Origin: Fibrobacter succinogenes subsp. succinogenes S85
GTDB lineage: Bacteria; Fibrobacterota; Fibrobacteria; Fibrobacterales; Fibrobacteraceae
Assembly: GCF_000146505.1 (NCBI RefSeq)
Contig: NC_017448.1
Coordinates: forward strand, 3,450,001 to 3,482,000
DNA length: 32,000 bases
Direction of reading: 5' to 3'
Part shown: piece after piece, positions 25,237 through 32,000 of the stretch
How the letters are laid out: each line of letters opens with the position of its first letter
Position numbering within the stretch: position 1 is the first letter of the stretch
Program-made: the position numbers and the translations under genes
Notes under the pieces: generated by a model
Database searches by the model: none
The model's input: only the letters and a program-made list of their open reading frames with translations
What the model was told of the DNA's origin: nothing

Positions 25237-25260
25237 GCCTCTCAAATCTTGAGAGGCTTT
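25237..25260 (+). terminator. Terminator-like hairpin after the three-gene operon
   Basis: GCCTCTCAA - ATC - TTGAGAGGC (perfect 9 bp) followed by TTT. Confidence 0.6.
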
Positions 25261-25296
25261 AATGTTGCCTAAATTGCGGAAAAAGATTTAGACCTC

Positions 25297-25345
25297 TTGA
25301 CAATCGTGATTTTCTGATTTATATTGTATAGTGAACAAATGTTCA
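25297..25345 (+). promoter_or_regulatory. Near-consensus promoter plus palindromic operator-like site upstream of the Rpn-family gene
   Basis: TTGACA (25297-25302), 17-nt spacer, TATATT (25320-25325). TGAACA-AA-TGTTCA (25332-25345) follows at about +1. Confidence 0.55.
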
Positions 25346-25409
25346 AAGCAAACGAAATGTAATCTAAAGCCACGCCTTTTTTAGCTTGTAGGCGGGAGAG
25401 GAGTGAAAG

Positions 25410-26354
25410 ATGAAAGAACGTAAGTCCCTCAAGGACTGTATCGTGAAACCGGGCGAGAAGAGTCCCTTCGCAAATCTTCTTATTGATTTGGCGTTCAAGA
25501 AAGCATTCGATCCGGACAAGCCCACTAGCCGCAACAATCTCATCAACCTGCTGAACGACCTGCTTGAACCGCAGCTTAAGCGGCCAATCAAAAACGTGTG
25601 GACTCGCAATGTCGCAAAGAATCTGAGTGGTAGCAAAGAATCTCGCACGGCAATTTTCGATTTGCACTGTAAAGACGATATGGGCAATTTGATTGAGATT
25701 GAGGTGCAAATTCGCGAGATGGATAATTTTATGAAGCGTCTGGCTTTCTATGCGAGTGAACTGGTGGCCAATCAGGCCGAACCTGGTGAAGAGTGGAATT
25801 ACGATGTTCAGCCGACATACGTAATCGCGTTGACTCGTATTCATGTTTTTGATGACGAAAATGCTGTTCACCGTGCCGCCGTGACAGATTTGGAAACAGG
25901 CAAACAAGTTATGGATACATACAACTATGCTGTAATTGAGCTTTCTAAGGTTCCGTTTTTCATTGAGAAAACATCCAGTGATTTAAGCAAATGGCTGTTC
26001 TTCTTCCGTTACTTGAACCGCCTCAAGGAACTCCCCGAAGAGTTGAACGAGTCCAAGTTTCAACAGTTGACGGAAAGCTCGAAAGTGTCTAACTTTTCAA
26101 AAAAGGAATTTGAGGCTTATCAGCGTATGCATCACGAAAAATGGGATCACAATGTCATGGTGCCGGGCATTTTCAAGGAATTCGCGACGGAAATCAACGC
26201 AAAGATTGAAGAACGTATTTCCGATCGAAATCATGAAATAGCCAAGAAAATGGTTGCCGCAGGCAAGTTGTCTGATACAGAAATTGCAGACTATTCTGGT
26301 CTATCCGTAGAAGATGTTGTCGTTTTGCGGAGTCAAATGTGCGAGTCGGATTAA
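25410..26354 (+). CDS. Rpn-family recombination-promoting nuclease / PD-(D/E)xK_2 putative transposase
   Basis: FKKAFDPDKPTSRNNLINLLNDLL...AIFDLHCKDDMGNLIEIEVQI...FMKRLAFYASELV, the typical PDDEXK_2/YhgA-like N-terminal nuclease core. Confidence 0.78.
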   Translation: MKERKSLKDCIVKPGEKSPFANLLIDLAFKKAFDPDKPTSRNNLINLLNDLLEPQLKRPIKNVWTRNVAKNLSGSKESRTAIFDLHCKDDMGNLIEIEVQIREMDNFMKRLAFYASELVANQAEPGEEWNYDVQPTYVIALTRIHVFDDENAVHRAAVTDLETGKQVMDTYNYAVIELSKVPFFIEKTSSDLSKWLFFFRYLNRLKELPEELNESKFQQLTESSKVSNFSKKEFEAYQRMHHEKWDHNVMVPGIFKEFATEINAKIEERISDRNHEIAKKMVAAGKLSDTEIADYSGLSVEDVVVLRSQMCESD

Positions 26355-26451
26355 TATCCTGTAGTCCTTGCCGAGCCTATTGATTCTTGTCTTGAGGCTT
26401 GCTCGCCTTGCTTATGCTCTTTTTTACATATTTCTAGCGGTTTAGAGCTAG

Positions 26452-27957
<1,506 letters not shown>

Positions 27958-27982
27958 TCCTTTTCGGTAAAGAAGTTTTAAG

Positions 27983-28012
27983 AGACCCGTAACTTGATGT
28001 TGCGGGTCTTTT
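27983..28012 (+). terminator. Rho-independent terminator of guaB
   Basis: GACCCGTAAC (27984-27993) pairs with GTTGCGGGTC (27999-28008, one G-U), followed by TTTT. Confidence 0.75.
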
Positions 28013-28098
28013 GATATATATTGCTGAAAAGGAGATGCTCTGTCATCCTGGAACGAAGTGACGGGATCAACGGGCATGACTGCAAGGTAGCGTTTTTT

Positions 28099-29127
28099 AT
28101 GAATAAAAGGTCACGTTCGAGTTGGTTGTTGGCGGCGGTGCTCGCAGGTTCGATTGCGTTGCCGTTTGCTTTTGTGGCATGTGGCGATTCGACTGATGGT
28201 GCGCCGGTTGCTATGGGCGAGGATTTATCTTCTTCCGAGATGTTGGCGGAATCTTCGTCTTCTCAAGAATCCGCGAAGCCATTGAGCAGCTCTGCGAAAA
28301 TTTCTGCAAGTTCCAGCTCGGTGAAGTCCGAAAGCTCGAGTTCGGAAAAGCTCGCGGCATCATCTTCCGCGAAGCCCGCTGAATCATCGGATAGCGGAGT
28401 CTGCACGAACTGCGATAGCTATACGGCGGCAGACCCGATGCTTGTGGAAAATGGCGGCAAGGGATCTGTAACGACTTACGGGAGTGTCACTGCGAAAGAA
28501 ACGAGTCTCGGTGGCGCCTGCAATTACGGACAGACGAATATTCAGTATTATGCGGCAATCCATGTGAACGTTTCTCCGGGTGATGATAAAGGCCCGTGGG
28601 ATGGCGGCATGGCTTGTGGCGGCTGCGTTCACGTGAAGGCGAAAACACCGGATGGCTGGAAAGAAGTGACTGTGCGTATTACGGACCGTTGCCCGGATGC
28701 AAATTGCGGCGTGGATTTGGGCGGTGCGCCTGCTAGCGATATCATGGGAAATCTTGTCGGCCGCTATTACGGCGAATGGGAATTTGTGAGCTGCGAAGGT
28801 GTTGAAGGCGTGTGGGGCGATTCCACATCCATTTGGGTCAAAGAAGGTGCAAGCACGTATTGGAGCATTATTCAGGTTCGCAACCCGAAAGATGCTGTCC
28901 GCAAAATTGTATTCAATGAGTTGGATGGTGACAAGTCTTATACGCTTGAGTTTGTTGTGGGGACGGAAAACTTCTGGACCGTTCCGCAAGAGATTTTGCA
29001 GTCCAATAAAAAATATAGCGTAGTCGTCACGTATCGCAGCGGTACTGACGACGAATGGATTTTAGAAAGCTCCGAACTAACAATTCCTGAGGCGAACCTT
29101 TATTTGTACGAACATAGGAAAAAATAA
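28099..29127 (+). CDS. Expansin-like lipoprotein (DPBB domain plus CBM63-like domain) with Ser-rich linker
   Basis: ATG 28099; the track ORF begins at 28021. MNKRSRSSWLLAAVLAGSIALPFAFVACGD carries a lipobox. DPBB motifs are GGACNYG, GGMACGGCVHV, VRITDRCPD.NCG and DLGGAPASD. A second beta-sandwich-type domain follows (STYWSIIQVRN...). Confidence 0.8.
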   Translation: MNKRSRSSWLLAAVLAGSIALPFAFVACGDSTDGAPVAMGEDLSSSEMLAESSSSQESAKPLSSSAKISASSSSVKSESSSSEKLAASSSAKPAESSDSGVCTNCDSYTAADPMLVENGGKGSVTTYGSVTAKETSLGGACNYGQTNIQYYAAIHVNVSPGDDKGPWDGGMACGGCVHVKAKTPDGWKEVTVRITDRCPDANCGVDLGGAPASDIMGNLVGRYYGEWEFVSCEGVEGVWGDSTSIWVKEGASTYWSIIQVRNPKDAVRKIVFNELDGDKSYTLEFVVGTENFWTVPQEILQSNKKYSVVVTYRSGTDDEWILESSELTIPEANLYLYEHRKK

Positions 29128-29166
29128 GTTTGTATATTTTGCAATAAATGCTAAAAAGGAGTTGGT

Positions 29167-29916
29167 GTGAAATACATAAAGTTTGTACTTGTTTCTCTTG
29201 CTGTTTTGTTCATAATGGGCTGCGGTGGAACCAAGACTACTGTTTCTGAAAACTGGAATTGGCGCCCAGCAACTATCGCCGTGATTTTTACGAATCCGGT
29301 AGTGATGAATGCAGATGACGTTGAAGATGACTTGCCGGAGTACGTCAATAATTTTTCGGAATGGATGTCTGCTGAGCTGAAAAGAAACATTGAATCCAAA
29401 GCGACATTGCTTGGCAATAATTCTCGATTGCGTGTATATATGATGACTTACCCGAGGGGAATCTCCGGTAGTGTCAATTTTTATATGGGCGAGTCTGGGG
29501 TAATGTTTGAAGAAAAAGACGTTTTTGCTTTGGAAGGTGAACTTGCTTTGCCCGAAGCAGATGCTTACTTGTTCATTGACCAACTCAAAATCAATTCTGT
29601 GCTTACGGGTGGCGGCTTGGGTCTGCTTGGTTTGTTGCTCCACGAGGGGTTGATGACAATTAATGGTTCTTATGGTTTTTATGATGGCAAAACCCACGAA
29701 CGCATAGGTTATGGAACGTTGGCGGCTGTTGAAGATTATGTCTTTGGTGTTTCGAAGTCAAACTGGGAAAATCTGATGGAAAATGCAGTGAAGTTTATAT
29801 TTGACGATACGCCTGTTTTGGAATGTGATCATTGCTCTGTCCGTGCAGAAGCGAATTGGGATGAGTCAAAGAAAACTTCGCGTAAGGAAGCTCCAAAGAA
29901 GAGCGTCTGGGATTAG
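29167..29916 (+). CDS. Hypothetical lipoprotein
   Basis: GTG start after AAAAAGGAG. MKYIKFVLVSLAVLFIMGCGG carries a lipobox. No family recognised. Confidence 0.6.
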   Translation: MKYIKFVLVSLAVLFIMGCGGTKTTVSENWNWRPATIAVIFTNPVVMNADDVEDDLPEYVNNFSEWMSAELKRNIESKATLLGNNSRLRVYMMTYPRGISGSVNFYMGESGVMFEEKDVFALEGELALPEADAYLFIDQLKINSVLTGGGLGLLGLLLHEGLMTINGSYGFYDGKTHERIGYGTLAAVEDYVFGVSKSNWENLMENAVKFIFDDTPVLECDHCSVRAEANWDESKKTSRKEAPKKSVWD

Positions 29917-29946
29917 TTTCACTTGATTTAAGAATTGTTCAAAAAT

Positions 29947-29977
29947 AAAAACGGCGCCTTGGTGGGCGTCGTTTTTT
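29947..29977. terminator. Bidirectional terminator between the convergent lipoprotein gene and gatA
   Basis: A-run, AACGGCGCC (29950-29958) paired with GGCGTCGTT (29965-29973), then a T-run. A second hairpin lies at 29984-30009 (GTCGCGGCATTT / AAATGCGCGAC). Confidence 0.7.
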
Positions 29978-30025
29978 GCTAGAGTCGCGGCATTTGTGAA
30001 ATGCGCGACTTCTGAAACGCGACTT

Positions 30026-31462
30026 TTACTTGTTCAAGCGTTCCGTTGCTTCGGCGACTGCAAGCAAGTCCGCTTCCTGGAACGGCTTGCCAATCCACTG
30101 GAGGCCAACCGGGAGTCCGCCTGCCATACCGCACGGAACGCTCACGCCCGGGAGACCGGCGAGGTTCAAGCTAACGGTGTAGATGTCGGAGAGGTAAACG
30201 GCCATCGGATCGGATTCGTTCATGCCGCACTTGAGCGGGAGACCCGGCATCGTCGGGCTTGCAATCACGTCGCAAGTCTTGAATGCTTCGGTGAAGTCGT
30301 CCGTGATGAGGCGGCGGACCTTCTGGGCCTGCACGTAGTAAGCGTCATAGAAACCGGCGGAGAGAACGTAGCTTCCGAGGAGGATGCGGCGCTGCACTTC
30401 CTTGCCGAAACCTTCACTGCGGGACTTGGCGTAAAGGTCGAAGAGCTTACGAGCTTCGGCACTGCGGTAGCCGTAACGCACACCGTCGTAGCGGCTGAGG
30501 TTGGAGCTTGCTTCTGCCGTTGCAATGATGTAGTAGCTGGACACAGCGTAGCTGATGTGCGGGAGGCTCACTTCCTTGATCGTGGCGCCTTCGGCTTCCA
30601 TCTTCTTGAGCATGTTTTCGATAGCGGCCTTGCATTCTGCATCGAGGCCTTCGCCAAAGTATTCCTTCGGAACGCCGATGACCTTGCCCTTAACGCCTGT
30701 GCCGAGCTTTGCGGTAAAGTCTTCGGTCGGGCGAGTGCTCGTGGTGTTGTCGTGCGGGTCAATGCCGCAAATTGCACCGAGGAGCGTTGCGCAGTCACGA
30801 ACGGTTGCACCGAACGGACCAATCTGGTCAAGAGAGCTTGCGTAGGCGAGAAGGCCGTAACGGGATACGCGACCGTAAGTCGGCTTTAAACCGACGACAC
30901 CCGTGCAGGCAGCCGGCTGGCGGATGGATCCACCCGTGTCGGAACCGAGAGCGCAAGGAACCGTGCCAGAGGCGACGGCGACTGCGGAACCACCCGAGGA
31001 TCCACCTGGAACGCGGGATTCGTCGAGCGGATTCTTGACCGGGCCGTAGTAAGAGGTTTCGTTGCTGGAACCCATGGCGAATTCGTCCATGTTCGTCTTG
31101 CCGACGATGATGGCGCCTGCGGCTTCGAGCTTTTCAAGAGCCGTTGCTGTGTACGGGGCAACAAAGTTGTCGAGAATCTTGGAGGCTGCCGTGGTGCGTG
31201 TGCCGGTCAAGCACATGTTGTCCTTCACGGCGACCGGGATGCCATCGAGGGCGCCCAGAGACTTGCCTTCGGCGCGGCGCTTGTCGCTTTCCTTAGCGCG
31301 TTCGAGAGCGCGGTCGTTCAGCACCGAGATATAGGCGTTCAAATTCTTTGTAGATTCAATTTTTTCGAGGGAGGCCTGTGCGAGCTTTTCGGCAGTGGTG
31401 CTGCCGTTTGCAAGTTGAGCCTGAAGTTCCTGAATAGTCTGCATTATCTTTCTCCGGACCAT
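30026..31462 (-). CDS. gatA: Glutamyl-tRNA(Gln)/aspartyl-tRNA(Asn) amidotransferase subunit A
   Basis: Amidase signature GGSSGGSAVAVASG and DTGGSIRQPAA, with full-length GatA-like organisation. Confidence 0.96.
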   Translation of the reverse strand: MVRRKIMQTIQELQAQLANGSTTAEKLAQASLEKIESTKNLNAYISVLNDRALERAKESDKRRAEGKSLGALDGIPVAVKDNMCLTGTRTTAASKILDNFVAPYTATALEKLEAAGAIIVGKTNMDEFAMGSSNETSYYGPVKNPLDESRVPGGSSGGSAVAVASGTVPCALGSDTGGSIRQPAACTGVVGLKPTYGRVSRYGLLAYASSLDQIGPFGATVRDCATLLGAICGIDPHDNTTSTRPTEDFTAKLGTGVKGKVIGVPKEYFGEGLDAECKAAIENMLKKMEAEGATIKEVSLPHISYAVSSYYIIATAEASSNLSRYDGVRYGYRSAEARKLFDLYAKSRSEGFGKEVQRRILLGSYVLSAGFYDAYYVQAQKVRRLITDDFTEAFKTCDVIASPTMPGLPLKCGMNESDPMAVYLSDIYTVSLNLAGLPGVSVPCGMAGGLPVGLQWIGKPFQEADLLAVAEATERLNK

Positions 31463-31770
31463 TTCATGATGTAAATAGCTAAAACCATGCCAACAAGGCC
31501 TAAGACGTTCCCTTTGAAGCCTAAACCAAGTGCAAATTTGACAAAGTACAAATCAATGACGACGGGTTGCGGTGTATCGCCAGAAAAACCGATACTGAAA
31601 TCGGGACCCGCTGTAAAGAAGTGGTGTACGCTATTATCGTAGCCACCTGCGTTCAAGAGTACTCCGAGTTCGCCAAATAAAGCTCCGACAGCTTCGCTCA
31701 AGATGCCGCCTAAAATAAGGCCGACAAAGATGAATAATAAGAGACGTCCTAGTGAGTTCTTGTGAGTCAT
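31444..31770 (-). CDS. Small membrane protein, DUF4321-like
   Basis: 108 aa with an N-terminal TM (LLLFIFVGLILGGILSEAVG) and a C-terminal TM (LGLVGMVLAIYIMKW). Overlaps the gatA start by 19 nt. The family call is from memory of the DUF4321 pattern. Confidence 0.55.
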   Translation of the reverse strand: MTHKNSLGRLLLFIFVGLILGGILSEAVGALFGELGVLLNAGGYDNSVHHFFTAGPDFSIGFSGDTPQPVVIDLYFVKFALGLGFKGNVLGLVGMVLAIYIMKWSGER

Positions 31771-31790
31771 GCCCGCAAATATAGTATTTC

Positions 31791-31811
31791 TCTCGTCTCT
31801 CGTCTCTCGTC
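31791..31811. repeat. Perfect 7-mer tandem repeat (TCTCGTC) x3
   Basis: Read directly at 31791-31797, 31798-31804 and 31805-31811. It lies in the intergenic region upstream of the DUF4321-gatA operon. Confidence 0.9.
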
Positions 31812-31821
31812 TATAATCTCA

Positions 31822-32000
31822 TTAACCCAAATCGATATCGGGTGAAACCTGTATCGTGAAGTCGGGGTAAAGCTCAGCTGCTTCGCTCTTGATGGTTTCG
31901 AGGGCTTCCTGGGCGTTTGCACCGAATTTGATGACCACGTCAAAGCGCATTTCCTTGGCTTCGATGTCCACGTAAAAACCGTGCATCTGGAGCGCCCAAT
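31822..32000 (-). CDS. Partial CDS (C-terminal 59 aa), possibly the cytoplasmic domain of a cation diffusion facilitator transporter
   Basis: My translation is ...WALQMHGFYVDIEAKEMRFDVVIKFGANAQEALETIKSEAAELYPDFTIQVSPDIDLG*, with stop TAA as the complement of 31822-31824. The pattern resembles CDF C-terminal domains, which is weak evidence. Confidence 0.4.
   Translation of the reverse strand, partial: WALQMHGFYVDIEAKEMRFDVVIKFGANAQEALETIKSEAAELYPDFTIQVSPDIDLG

Noticed and set aside
25332-25345. Reading the GAAC-N4-GTTC palindrome as a host LexA SOS box
   Set aside because: From memory, the Fibrobacter LexA box is a different sequence. I cannot verify this, and no lexA or recA context is present. 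It is kept only as a generic operator candidate.
29996-30889. 297-aa plus-strand ORF opposite gatA
   Set aside because: It is antisense to gatA, which carries the full amidase signature on the minus strand. It is a shadow ORF.

Overview
The window looks like a Fibrobacter-type (Fibrobacterota) chromosome segment. This is an inference from gene content (GH11 xylanase and an expansin-like protein with Ser-rich linkers) and a backbone of roughly 50% GC. Backbone genes are a CHASE2-type class III nucleotidyl cyclase (minus strand, runs off the left edge, missing from the ORF track), ftsK, ispE, tRNA-Gln(UUG), rplY/ctc, pth, a GH11 xylanase, guaB, an expansin-like lipoprotein, another lipoprotein, gatA, a DUF4321-like membrane protein and a partial CDF-like gene. 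Two visibly AT-richer accessory segments interrupt this backbone. (1) About 5.75-12.2 kb holds a translationally coupled four-gene operon: an NRPS-like A-T-C enzyme, a STAS protein, a MATE transporter fused to a degenerate anti-sigma/GHKL-like domain, and a polytopic PP2C (SpoIIE/RsbU-type) phosphatase. (2) About 16.0-25.3 kb is a defence-type island with two divergent modules. The minus-strand module is XRE, ImmA/IrrE peptidase, a Zn-ribbon protein, a PD-(D/E)xK toxin-like protein and DUF4417. The plus-strand module is an MmeI-family methyltransferase (nuclease triad apparently lost), a DEAH helicase and a T5orf172/GIY-YIG protein. It is preceded by a GC-rich, foldable leader of about 300 nt, and the island is followed by an Rpn/PDDEXK_2 nuclease gene. 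The methyltransferase-helicase-GIY-YIG trio is my top candidate for an undescribed system; the NRPS/partner-switch operon is second. I saw no CRISPR array, rRNA, integrase or IS transposase. All folds, alignments and motif calls were done by eye and need computational confirmation.
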